Of a stretch of DNA of 64,000 bases, positions 47,578-59,497 are shown piece after piece. A model generated the notes under the pieces. That model had not been told where the DNA came from, ran no database searches, and saw only the letters and a program-made list of their open reading frames with translations. The stretch is taken from assembly GCA_963737265.1 (NCBI GenBank), contig CAVTRY010000011.1:128001-192000 (forward strand), in the 5' to 3' direction. Source of the DNA: an uncultured delta proteobacterium. GTDB lineage: Bacteria; Myxococcota_A; Polyangia; Fen-1088. The position numbers and the translations under genes were made by a program. The number at the start of each line of letters is the position of its first letter. The first letter of the stretch is position 1.

Positions 47578-47690
47578 TTCACCACAGAGACACAGAGGCC
47601 GCAGAGACCGGAAAGGGAAGGGGTTCCGGATCCCAAATCCGAGCCCTTCTTTTCTCCTCGCCTCTGTGTTCTCTGTGCTCTCTGTGGTAA
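47578..47690. repeat. Dispersed palindromic repeat, copy 2
   Basis: TTCACCACAGAGACACAGAG...CTCTGTGCTCTCTGTGGTAA; homologous to 13904-14027. Confidence 0.85.
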
Positions 47691-47703
47691 TTTCCGCGAG
47701 TCG

Positions 47704-48783
47704 CTACCCGTTCTTGTGGGCGAACTCGCGCATGTGGGTGGCGAGGGCCTGGCACCCCTCGACGGGCATTCCGTTGTAGATGGAGGCGCGGATGCCGCCG
47801 ACCGTGCGGTAGCCCTTGAGCGCCAGCATGTCCTTGGCCGAGGCTTCCTTGAGAAACTTGTCGGTCAGCTCGTCGCTCGGCAGCTTGAAGGTGACGTTCA
47901 TGTGGCTGCGCACGGCCTTGTCGGACACCGTTCCCTTATAATAGCCGCTCGATTCGTCGATGGCGTCGTAGATGAGCTTGGCCTTTTCGGCGTTACGCTT
48001 CTCGATGGCGCCGAGGCCGCCCTGTCGTTCCATCCAGCGGAAGGTTTCGAGCAGCACGTAGATGCCGAAGGTCGGCGGCGTGTTGAGGCAGCTCTTGGCG
48101 TCGGCGTGCGCCTTGTAGTTGAAAATTTTGGGCACGCTTTTGGGGATGCGATCGTAGAGATCCTTGCGCACGATCATCAGCACCACGCCCGACGGGCCGA
48201 GGTTTTTCTGGGCACCCGCGTAGATGACGCCGGTGCGCGCCACGGGGTGGGGACGCGACATGATTTCCGAGCTGGCGTCGACCACCAAGGTCGGGTGCGA
48301 CGGCCACTCGACGAAGCGGTTGCCGTGCACGGTCTCGTTGGAGCAGATGTGCAGATAGGCTGCGCCGGGATCGGCGGCGATGGGAGCGGGCAGCCGGTCG
48401 AACGCAGTCGCGTCGCTGGATGCGACGACGCGGATCTTGTCGCTGGCCAGGCTCTTCGCGACATCAGCTGCCTTCTTCGACCATTCGCCGCTGACGACAT
48501 AGTCAGCGGGGCCGGACAGAAAATTCATCGGGATGACAGCGAACTGCTGGGTGGCACCGCCTTGAAGAAAGAGCACGTCGTGGGTGTCGGGAATGCCGAG
48601 CAGACTTCGGCAGCGGGCGATAGTCTCATCGAGAACACCGTCGAACTCCTTGCCGCGGTGACTGCATTCGGCGATGCCGAAACCCTTGCCTTGGTAGTCC
48701 AGCAGGGCGGCGGCCGAAGCCTCAAGGACTTCGTGAGGAAGCGTGGCGGGGCCGGCGGCGAAGTTGAAGACGCGCTTTTTCAT
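47704..48783 (-). CDS. serC: Phosphoserine aminotransferase
   Basis: NFAAGPA, SHR, LQGGA, NETVHG, AGAQKNLGP, NTPP, GGIRASIYN. Confidence 0.96.
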   Translation of the reverse strand: MKKRVFNFAAGPATLPHEVLEASAAALLDYQGKGFGIAECSHRGKEFDGVLDETIARCRSLLGIPDTHDVLFLQGGATQQFAVIPMNFLSGPADYVVSGEWSKKAADVAKSLASDKIRVVASSDATAFDRLPAPIAADPGAAYLHICSNETVHGNRFVEWPSHPTLVVDASSEIMSRPHPVARTGVIYAGAQKNLGPSGVVLMIVRKDLYDRIPKSVPKIFNYKAHADAKSCLNTPPTFGIYVLLETFRWMERQGGLGAIEKRNAEKAKLIYDAIDESSGYYKGTVSDKAVRSHMNVTFKLPSDELTDKFLKEASAKDMLALKGYRTVGGIRASIYNGMPVEGCQALATHMREFAHKNG

Positions 48784-48938
48784 CCGGCTAGCATAGTCGA
48801 AGCGCCCTGTCCTTTCCAGCCCTGGCAGGTGGATCCCGCATTTGACAGCGGGGCCCTTTAGTACGTAGATAGACAGCGGATTTTCCCAACAGGGGCGCGT
48901 CAGTGCGCGCCTCGAACCTATGCAATGAAGGAGATCTC

Positions 48939-49238
48939 ATGACCCGTACACTCAAGGCGCTATCGGCTCTGGTACTCGGTGGAATGCTTCTCGTCGGCAC
49001 CGGCTGCGAGGACAAGGAGTGCAAGGACGCTCTCGCCAAGGCGACTTCCGCGCAGGCCGCTTCCGAGACGGCGGCGAAGGCCAAGGACGCCGAAATTGGC
49101 GCGCTCAGGGCCAGGCTTTCGGCTTCCGAGCAAGCTCTTGCCGCGGCTCGGAAGGAAGTCGAAGCTGCCAAGGCCGCCCCGAAGCCGGAGGAGCCCGCTC
49201 CGGTCGCTCCCGCGAAGAAAGCCGGCAAGAAGAAGTAG
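48939..49238 (+). CDS. Small coiled-coil lipoprotein
   Basis: AAGGAG RBS; lipobox GTGC; Ala/Lys-rich helix; upstream TTGACA. Confidence 0.75.
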   Translation: MTRTLKALSALVLGGMLLVGTGCEDKECKDALAKATSAQAASETAAKAKDAEIGALRARLSASEQALAAARKEVEAAKAAPKPEEPAPVAPAKKAGKKK

Positions 49239-49274
49239 TTGCTGGACGCGCCCCTGACGGGCGCGGTGTCCGCG

Positions 49275-49311
49275 AAAAGGGGCCTCACCTAGCGGTGAGC
49301 GCCCCTTTTTT
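49275..49311. terminator. Bidirectional intrinsic terminator
   Basis: AAAAGGGGC-CTCACC...GGTGAG-CGCCCCTTTTTT between convergent genes. Confidence 0.75.
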
Positions 49312-49316
49312 GCAGG

Positions 49317-51101
49317 CTACTTTCTCGCCGCGAGAACTCGCGTGCGCAAAGCCTCGTTCTGCTGCCACAGCTCTTCCGGCATGCGCGTGCCGAAGGTCTC
49401 GAAAAACTGCCCGACGGCATCGATTTCGGCCAGCCAATCCTTGGGATGAATCGCGAGCAATTTGGTCATGGTCTCCCGCGGAAGATCGAGCCCTGTCATG
49501 TCGATGTCCTTGGGATTGGGCACGATGCCGATGGGGGTTTCCACGCCATCGACTTCATTGCGATAGCGCGCCAGGATCCATTCCAGGATGCGCAGGTTCT
49601 CGCCGAATCCAGGCCACAGGAACTTGCCATTCTCGTCGGTGCGGAACCAATTCACGTGGAAGATTTTCGGCGGCCGGCGAATGCGCGTTCCCATGTCCAG
49701 CCAGTGCCCGAAGTAGTCTGCCATGTTGTAGCCGCAGAACGGCAGCATGGCCATCGGGTCGCGGCGAACCTCGCCGACGGCGCCGACCTGAGCGGCCGTG
49801 CGCTCGCTGGCCATGCTCGCCCCCATGTACACGCCATGCTCCCAGTTGAAAGCTTCATAGACGAGCGGGGCCAAGGTGGCGCGACGGCCACCGAAGATAA
49901 TGGCCGAGATGGGCACGCCGTGGTGGTGCTCGAAGCGGAACGAGTGGGTCGGACAGTTGGTGAATGGTGCGGTAAAGCGGCTGTTGGGATGGGCCGCAAG
50001 CACGGGTTTGTCGTCCTTTCCGACCATGCCCGCCTTCCATGGCTTGCCCTGCCAGTCGATCGCCTCGGCGGGCGGTGGATCGTCGTGGCCTTCCCACCAA
50101 ACCGTACCGTCAGGCTTGAGCGCGACGTTGGTGTAGATGGTGTCGTTCTTGATGGTGGCCATCGCGTTGTAGTTGGTCTTTGAGTTGGTGCCCGGCACGA
50201 CGCCGAAGTAGCCCATCTCGGGGTTGACCGCCCAAAGCCGGCCATCCGTGTCGACTTTCATCCAGGCGATGTCGTCACCCACCGTCCAGATGCGATAGCC
50301 CTTCATCTTCAGGCCTTCCGGCGGCAGGAGCATGGCCAGGTTGGTCTTGCCGCACGCGCTGGGGAAGGCTGCCGCGATATACTGGACTCGGCCGACGGGT
50401 TCTTCGATGCCGAGGATGAGCATGTGCTCGGCCAACCACTTTTCCCGTTGCGCTTGCACCGAGGCGATGCGCAGGGCGAGGCATTTCTTGCCGAGCAGCA
50501 CGTTCCCGCCGTAGCCCGAGCCCACCGACCAGATGGCATTGTCCTCGGGAAAATGGAGGATGAGGCGGCGATTGACGTCGAGCTCCGCCTTGCTGTGCAG
50601 GCACCGCGTAAATTCGCCGTTGGGACCCAGGGCATCGAGGACACCTTCCCCCATGCGGGTCATGATGCGCATGTTGAGCACCACATAAATACTGTCGGTG
50701 AGCTCGATGCCGATCTTCGAGAACGGGGATCCGATGGGCCCCATGGCGAACGGCACGACATACATCGCGCGGCCCTTCATCGCGCCGGCGAAGAGCTCAC
50801 GCGCCTTGTGGTACGCCTCGCGCGGGCTCATCCAGTTGTTGGTCGGGCCCGCGTCGCCCTGAAAACTGGTGCAGATGTACGTCAGGTGCTCGGTGCGCGC
50901 GACATCGTTGGCCGCCGTGCGGTGCAGGTAACATCCCGGCAGCACTGTCTGATTTAGCTCCAAGATTTCACCCGACTTGAGCGCTTCGGCGGTCAGGTGC
51001 CGCTTCTCCTCCTCGGATCCGTCACACCAGTAGACGCTGCCGGGCTGGCACATGGCCGCCATGCGATCGACCCATTCTTGAACGTGCGCATACTTGATCA
51101 T
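49317..51101 (-). CDS. pckG: Phosphoenolpyruvate carboxykinase (GTP)
   Basis: DVARTE, GSGYGGN, WLAEHM, FPSACGKTNLAM, VGDDIAW, HPNSRF, RDPMAMLPFCGY. Confidence 0.96.
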   Translation of the reverse strand: MIKYAHVQEWVDRMAAMCQPGSVYWCDGSEEEKRHLTAEALKSGEILELNQTVLPGCYLHRTAANDVARTEHLTYICTSFQGDAGPTNNWMSPREAYHKARELFAGAMKGRAMYVVPFAMGPIGSPFSKIGIELTDSIYVVLNMRIMTRMGEGVLDALGPNGEFTRCLHSKAELDVNRRLILHFPEDNAIWSVGSGYGGNVLLGKKCLALRIASVQAQREKWLAEHMLILGIEEPVGRVQYIAAAFPSACGKTNLAMLLPPEGLKMKGYRIWTVGDDIAWMKVDTDGRLWAVNPEMGYFGVVPGTNSKTNYNAMATIKNDTIYTNVALKPDGTVWWEGHDDPPPAEAIDWQGKPWKAGMVGKDDKPVLAAHPNSRFTAPFTNCPTHSFRFEHHHGVPISAIIFGGRRATLAPLVYEAFNWEHGVYMGASMASERTAAQVGAVGEVRRDPMAMLPFCGYNMADYFGHWLDMGTRIRRPPKIFHVNWFRTDENGKFLWPGFGENLRILEWILARYRNEVDGVETPIGIVPNPKDIDMTGLDLPRETMTKLLAIHPKDWLAEIDAVGQFFETFGTRMPEELWQQNEALRTRVLAARK

Positions 51102-51164
51102 GTCGAGGGAATTTCTGGCACGCGGCGCGGTGCCGGTCAACAGCCGGATGCGGAAGGACTGGCG

Positions 51165-53681
51165 TTACTTGCGCTTCAGGCAACGAGCCGCGGCGGCCGA
51201 CGCGGGAACGGAGACCGATTCATCCCCGCTGTGGGCCGCGGCTCGCAAAGCGGCGGCACCAGCGCCAGGATCGCAGGCGAGGCCCAGCGCCTCGACCGCC
51301 ATTCTTTGCACCGATGAGCGCGCATCGGAAAGAAGACGAGCCAGGGCCGCTATCGCCTCGTTGCCGCCCCACGTAGCCAAGGTCATGGCCGTGTCCGCAA
51401 TGACGCCTTCAAGCGAGATGTCCGCCTGCGATTCCTCTACAAGCCGGGAAAGAATTTCCACCAAGGCATGTTCGGTGCTGGGATCCTTTCTGTCGGCCAG
51501 TAATCGGGCGGCGAGGGCGCGCATGTCGGCGCTTTCGGGCAGTCGACCGAGCACGCGCAGCAACAGCGGCGTGGCGCGTGCGCCGTAGCAGTGCGCGAGC
51601 CCGACCAGCGCCGCCTGGCGGACATCATCCACATCTTTTTGTAACGCGCGAAGCATAAGCTCGCTGCCCTGGGGAACGCACAGCTCGCCGAGGGCCGCGA
51701 TCTCGGCCCGGCGGACCTGCGGCCATGGCTCCTGTTTTGCGCCGGAGATCAGCCGGTCTGCCGCGATCTTGTCACCCCTGTGGCCGAGACCCGCGGCGGC
51801 GCTTTCGCGCACGCGTGGATCGGTATCGTCCAAAGCCGCTCGCAGGGCGGGCAAGACGCCAGGTCCGTCCGCGCCCGCCAATTCGTCGACGGCAAGACTT
51901 CGTAACACCCCGTCGCCATTGTGCGCGCGCACCTCGATGAGCTCGTCGAGCGCGGCGGCGTCGTGCACAAGGCCGAGTCCCTGAATCGCGCGCGCCCGTT
52001 CTTCAAACGAGGCCTCGCTATGCAGAGGGGCTCGCAAGGCAGCCAGAACGGCGGGGTGCGCGTCGGTCTCGTGCGCCGAGAGCGCGCCGAGAATGGGAAG
52101 AAAGTCGGCCCGCCGTCCCGGGTCGGTCGCAGGCGTCGCCTCGGCGGCCGCCAGCACCGCCGCCAGCGCCGGCGTCTTCAGCCGAGAGGCAATCGAACGC
52201 ATGGTCCTGCGGATTTCAGCGCTGCCATGGCCGATGGCCACCAGCAGCTTGGCGCGTGCTTCGGGGCTGTCCAGCGCTGCAAGCAGGCGTGCCGCGCGCT
52301 CGCGATCCGCGTCGGGCCGCTTGTATTCGAGTAGGACCGACGCGATGGCTTCGACCGGAGATGCGGGCAAAACCGGCACCAACTTGAAAATGGCCTTTTC
52401 CTCCGTCGCCGACGATCCTTGCAAAGCGGCCACCAAGGCGGTTGCCGTGTCGGCGGTGGGCGCGATTCCGGCGCTCAACAGCGCCGCCAGTGCTTCAACC
52501 AGACACTCGCGTCCACTTCCGGGCGCGAGGCGTGGAATGGTCGTCGAAACCTTGGCAAGGGCAGGCGCGCCCAATCGGACCAGCAAGGGCTGGCGGGCCG
52601 CGCACGACGTGCCTTGCGACAGGCTTGCCACCAAACGGTCGATGGCGTCGGGACCATCGAGCTCGGTCATCACATCGATATCGGCGATAGACATGGCTGC
52701 TTTGGGCGAGGTCACGTCGCTTACGACGACGGTCACGCACGACGATGCCACCGGTTTGGGCAGAGCGATCCAGAACGGTTCGCGAAAGCGACGAGCGCCG
52801 CTGTCCGCGTCTTCCGCCAGCTCGACCTCCACGTTTTGCGCCGGATCGTGGCCGAAGATCAAGGTGAGCCGGCGTGGTCTCGCACTTGTGCGATAGCTTT
52901 TCTCGCTGCTGGCGTCGCCGGGCAACACGCGCAGTCCCGTGATGGCAAACCCGCCGCTCGAACGCGCAGTAAGCAGCTGGCCGCGACCGTCGCCCGCCGT
53001 CGACCACGTGGTGGCGGGATTGCCGTCGTTGACCGCCGTGGGTGGAGTGATTCGCGCCGCGTTCCCAGCCACCGACGGTGAGCTCGATGCGGCGGTGAAG
53101 AAGAAACCGCCCAACGGCTTGCCGGTGGGCATGCGTGCGTCGCCGCGCCGGGCTCGTAGCGAGGTCGCGGGTCGCGGGGGCAGGACGGGGTCGGCATTTT
53201 TGAATGTGCGGCTCGCAAAATCCCAGGTTCGGCGGAACAAGGGAACGGCCACGCCGTCGCAGCGGGAGAGCCGCGCTGCGGTCTGGTACTCCTCCACACC
53301 TTGGTCCGAGATGTTCGCGACCAGGCTGGTTTCGCTGTCGGCATCCTGCGCGCCGGCGATATTCCACCAAATAGGCCGGGGCACGCCAGCCGAAAGCTCG
53401 GCGATCCAGACCTCTTCGCGGGCGGGGCCGTCGCCGAGCACGGGGATGCGAACTTCAACCAGGCTGCGTCCGGACGCCGCGGCCGTGCGTACTTTCGCCT
53501 GGCCCCGCTGATTCTTCTCCGTGCGGGGAACAAAGGAAGCCACCGGCCTATCGCCCTCACGCAGGGTGAGCGCACCGTCGGCCTCCGTGGCTACGGAAAC
53601 ACCACCGACCTGTGCGCGAGCGGGACTGGCCGAGGCAGCCGCGAAGGCCGCGCTGATTGCAAACAGACGAAGGAAGATCAC
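51165..53681 (-). CDS. Exported HEAT-repeat protein with N-terminal discoidin-like beta domain
   Basis: Signal peptide; AVNDGNPATTWS; LDDTDPRVRESAAAGLG-type repeats. Confidence 0.7.
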   Translation of the reverse strand: MIFLRLFAISAAFAAASASPARAQVGGVSVATEADGALTLREGDRPVASFVPRTEKNQRGQAKVRTAAASGRSLVEVRIPVLGDGPAREEVWIAELSAGVPRPIWWNIAGAQDADSETSLVANISDQGVEEYQTAARLSRCDGVAVPLFRRTWDFASRTFKNADPVLPPRPATSLRARRGDARMPTGKPLGGFFFTAASSSPSVAGNAARITPPTAVNDGNPATTWSTAGDGRGQLLTARSSGGFAITGLRVLPGDASSEKSYRTSARPRRLTLIFGHDPAQNVEVELAEDADSGARRFREPFWIALPKPVASSCVTVVVSDVTSPKAAMSIADIDVMTELDGPDAIDRLVASLSQGTSCAARQPLLVRLGAPALAKVSTTIPRLAPGSGRECLVEALAALLSAGIAPTADTATALVAALQGSSATEEKAIFKLVPVLPASPVEAIASVLLEYKRPDADRERAARLLAALDSPEARAKLLVAIGHGSAEIRRTMRSIASRLKTPALAAVLAAAEATPATDPGRRADFLPILGALSAHETDAHPAVLAALRAPLHSEASFEERARAIQGLGLVHDAAALDELIEVRAHNGDGVLRSLAVDELAGADGPGVLPALRAALDDTDPRVRESAAAGLGHRGDKIAADRLISGAKQEPWPQVRRAEIAALGELCVPQGSELMLRALQKDVDDVRQAALVGLAHCYGARATPLLLRVLGRLPESADMRALAARLLADRKDPSTEHALVEILSRLVEESQADISLEGVIADTAMTLATWGGNEAIAALARLLSDARSSVQRMAVEALGLACDPGAGAAALRAAAHSGDESVSVPASAAAARCLKRK

Positions 53682-53749
53682 GATGTCTCTCGATACTGCC
53701 GTCGACGTCGGGGCGTCAAGGACAGATGCGGTCCACGGGAAAACCCCAG

Positions 53750-54271
53750 CTAGAACACGCGGGCCAGGTGCGCTCCCACCGTGATCTGGGTCGGCGTGGT
53801 CTCATGCCCGCCAGCCAAGCGAAGGGCGAAATAGTCGACGCGCGCGAGCAGCGAAAGGGTCAGGTGGCGCGAAACCAGGTAATCGGCGCCGATCCCGCCC
53901 TGCGGGCCCAGGTGCTGACCTTCGCGCATTCCGCCACCGCGAATATCGGCGACGGCAATTCCGAAATCGACGAAGGGCACCAGCCGTAGGACGTCGGCGG
54001 CCCACGTTAGGCCCGCCGACTGGGTGGTGAAATGGATGGCGGCGCCGGACGTCGGGATCCACGCGGTCTCAAGTCCAAGGCGAGCGGCCCACGAATCGCT
54101 GAGGCCGCGCAGCAGTCGGAATTCTACCTGTGCGCCAGCCCTCGACTGGTCTTGCACGGCGATGGCCAGGCCGACTCCGGCCGAAAGGCTGGCTTCGCCT
54201 TGACCGACGGCGCTGGCCGAGGCTGGCATGAGCCAGAGCGAGAACAGGGCAAAAGTCGGCCAAAAACGCAT
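53750..54271 (-). CDS. Small outer-membrane beta-barrel protein
   Basis: Signal peptide, alternating beta strands, C-terminal Phe. Confidence 0.65.
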   Translation of the reverse strand: MRFWPTFALFSLWLMPASASAVGQGEASLSAGVGLAIAVQDQSRAGAQVEFRLLRGLSDSWAARLGLETAWIPTSGAAIHFTTQSAGLTWAADVLRLVPFVDFGIAVADIRGGGMREGQHLGPQGGIGADYLVSRHLTLSLLARVDYFALRLAGGHETTPTQITVGAHLARVF

Positions 54272-54381
54272 TCGGCGGAAGGGACTTTACGCGAAAGGCG
54301 CGAGCTAGCCCAGATTGCATCTTGGTTTCAATCTGACGGCGGCATTGACCCGCGGAGGTGCCTCTGTTATCTCCACTAGCC

Positions 54382-55146
54382 GTGGCAAAGTCACTCAGCA
54401 AAGAACTGAAGCAGCCTGACGAGTTCGTAAGCTTCTGGACCCACCTGGGGGCCGCGATCGCCAAACACCGGCGAAAGGTGATCGGCGCGGTCGTCACCGT
54501 GGTCGTCGCAGGTGTCCTGGGGTGGGGAACCATGGTCTACCGCAACGGCCAGGCTGCCAAGGCAACCGCGGCGTTCGCTCGTATCGACCGCATTGCCACG
54601 GCCGGCTTGCTGCCGGAAAAGGCAAAAGGCGAGGATGCCAAGGCCGAGGACGCCAAACCTGAGGACGACGGCTTGCCTCACTTCAAGACCGAGAAGGAGC
54701 GTTTGGAGGCCGCGGTGAAGGAAGCCGACGCGTTTGTGGCGGCGTTCGGAGCCGATGGCCTCGGCCGAAAAGCGCTGTTCGGCAAGGCCGGCCGTCTGCT
54801 CGCCCTCGACCGCGCCGCGGAGGCCGCAACTATCTATGAAACCCTTTCGGCTGGCGAAACCGACCCGGACGTGAAGGCGATGGAGAGTGAAGGCTCCGCT
54901 GTCGCCAGCGAAGCGGAGGGCAAGCTGGACGATGCTCTGCGCGTCTACACCGCTCTTGCCGACGAAGGGCAGCACAATGGCAGCTTCTACGTGGACCGGG
55001 CGCTTTTCGCCAAGGCACGCGTCTTGGAAAAGCAGGGCAAGGCCAAGGACGCTGAAAAGGTCCTGCGCGAGATCCTGGACAAGGTGCCGAAGACCTCGTT
55101 GCGCCAGCAGATCGACGATCGCCTGGCGATCCTGGCCGAGAAATAG
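54382..55146 (+). CDS. YfgM-like TPR membrane chaperone
   Basis: KELKQPDEF, single TM, TPR helices; directly upstream of bamB-like gene. Confidence 0.7.
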   Translation: MAKSLSKELKQPDEFVSFWTHLGAAIAKHRRKVIGAVVTVVVAGVLGWGTMVYRNGQAAKATAAFARIDRIATAGLLPEKAKGEDAKAEDAKPEDDGLPHFKTEKERLEAAVKEADAFVAAFGADGLGRKALFGKAGRLLALDRAAEAATIYETLSAGETDPDVKAMESEGSAVASEAEGKLDDALRVYTALADEGQHNGSFYVDRALFAKARVLEKQGKAKDAEKVLREILDKVPKTSLRQQIDDRLAILAEK

Positions 55147-55149
55147 GCA

Positions 55150-56323
55150 GTGGGCGCGCGCCGCACGGGCTTCGCAATGGGGATGACGTCGAGCCCGGGC
55201 TTGGGTTGTGCGCTGGCGTTGCTGCTCGTGGCGTGCTCGACCGCGACGGTTCGCCGCGAGATCACCGAACACCGCGATTATCCCGCGGGCGTGGCGCAGA
55301 TGCGCTGGCACACGCAAATCCATGCTTATCCACCGTCCGAATCGCACTCCGAGGAATGCGCGACCGGCGCCCTGGTGGGTTCACACCTGGTCCTGGGTTC
55401 GCGCGGTGGCGAGGTGGTCGGCGTGGACGTCGGATCGGGAGACGTGGTGTGGTCGACCCCGATTTCAGGAAGCGTCGACGGCGACGCTCGCTACGACAAG
55501 GGGCGCGGCCAAGTTTACGTCGGCAGCGACGACGGCTATCTGTACGCCTTCGATCCCGACCACGGCAAGATTCGTTGGGCGAGCAAGTTCAAGGGCGCCG
55601 TCGACCACGCGCCGGAAATCAGCGACCGCGGTCTCTTCCTCGCGACGGCGGCGGATCGTGTGTTCGCCGTGGACCCGAGCGATGGCAAGTCGCGCTGGCA
55701 GTACGAGCGCGAAACGCCCGAAGGGTTCACCATTCACGGCTATGCGGCACCGCGCATGCGCGACGGCGTGGTCTATGCCGGTTTCAGCGACGGTTACTTG
55801 ACCGCGCTGCAAGCCGATACCGGCGACCTCCTGTGGTCGCGTTCGCTCGCGGCGGCTTCGGATCAGTTCGTGGACGTGGATGCGACGCCCATCCTCCGGA
55901 GCGATCGGATCATCGCGGCTTCCTTTTCCGGCGGCGTTTACGCGCTCCGGCCCAAGGACGGCGACGTCCTCTGGCACATCCTTCTCGACGGCTGCAGCGC
56001 GCTGGCCATGGGGGCGACGAACTTTTATGCGGTCTCGCCGCGAGATGGCCTGGCGGCGGTGAGCTGGCAGGGGAATGTGCTGTGGCGGCAGGGCTTGCCC
56101 GATGCCGGAGACCTCACGGTTCCGGTCGAGGTCGGTCCCTACCTCGTGTTCAGCGGCAGTCGCGAAGGGCTGTTCGTTGTCGATCGCCGCGGCGGACAAG
56201 CTGCTGCAAATCTTCGACCCAGGACGGGGCATGTGCGCCGCTCCCACGGTGGACCAAGACGGCAAGGCGCTCTACGTGCTTGCCAACAGCGGTGTTCTTT
56301 ACGCTCTCGACTTGATTTGGTAG
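55150..56323 (+). CDS. BamB-like PQQ-repeat beta-propeller lipoprotein with frameshift near 56196
   Basis: Lipobox LVAC; repeated G..LW motifs; last blade KLLQIFDPG...LYALDLIW lies in a different frame ending at 56323. Confidence 0.78.
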
Positions 56324-56327
56324 GGAG

Positions 56328-56487
56328 TCAAGACGAGTCCATTTATGGACACGTCTTGAAGATTGTTGAAGGGAGGGCCGCGGCCCTCCCCTCGTCCGCG
56401 AAGTAAATTCGCGGACTTCACGCCACCTGCGGCCGAGCCCTTGGCTCGGCTGCTGAAGAACCCCCCCTTGTCCAACTGATGGACTGG
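56328..56487. repeat. MITE-like multi-hairpin element
   Basis: Imperfect terminal inverted repeats AGTCCATTTATGGACA / TGTCCAACTGATGGACT enclosing three GC-rich hairpins. Confidence 0.55.
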
Positions 56488-56491
56488 TTCT

Positions 56492-57203
56492 TTAGTGCAA
56501 TCGGGCGGGACTTGGACCCGTGGTTAGGCGGCGTACCAGCTCCTTGATGCGCCGGCCGCCGCCAGCGTCGCGGGCGCGCCATTCGATACCGAAGACATTC
56601 TCTTCGCCTGTCTTGCCGGTCCAGGCAACACGGCCGATGAACGCCATCGGCACCTCGGCGCCCGGCGGTGCGATTTCGAGCACGACCTGGGAACCGTGGG
56701 GTACGGTGGCGGGCGACAGCACGAAAGCGCCGCCGCGGCCCACGTCGCGCAGCTTGCCCTGCAGACCCTCGTTGCTGCCGACCGGTCGCCAGCTGATGAG
56801 CAAGTCGACGGGAATGCGCTCGTGGCGTCGCCGGCTGTGGATGCTTGCACCCGAACGCGCCATCTCGAGCAGGTACTCGCATTTGGCCTGTTCGTCGGGC
56901 AGGAATTCAACGCCGATGCCGGCGCGGATTTTGAGCAGATGACGACCAGGGCGGCGCCAGGCGACACGCCCGTAAACGATCACCGGTGGCTGGCGGCGTC
57001 CCAAACGGACCTTCACCCTGACCATGTCGCCCACTTGAAGCTTTCCGCGCGTCGGACAGAACACGCCTCCGTTTCCTCCCGATGGCTGGTACCCCGTGAG
57101 AAACTCGCGCACATTCTTGATGACGAACTCGGGCGCCGAATCACTCGAACCGTTGGCATTCCCGTCTTGCTTGTGAAGGCTTGATTTTGTGTGCGCAGAA
57201 GGC

Positions 57204-57205
<2 letters not shown>
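56492..57205 (-). CDS. Tandem PilZ-domain protein (start uncertain)
   Basis: GGVF, GRVAW, GIGVEF; RRRHER and DVGRGG c-di-GMP motifs. Confidence 0.8.
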
Positions 57206-59449
<2,244 letters not shown>

Positions 59450-59497
59450 TGCAGTCAGGGTTGGCGACTGGGGTGTTTTTCTGGTAGCGGTGTCTGT

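Noticed and set aside
45693-47636. 647-aa second-frame ORF over the ABC-F gene
   Set aside because: Arg/Ala/Pro-rich out-of-frame shadow starting within the palindromic repeat
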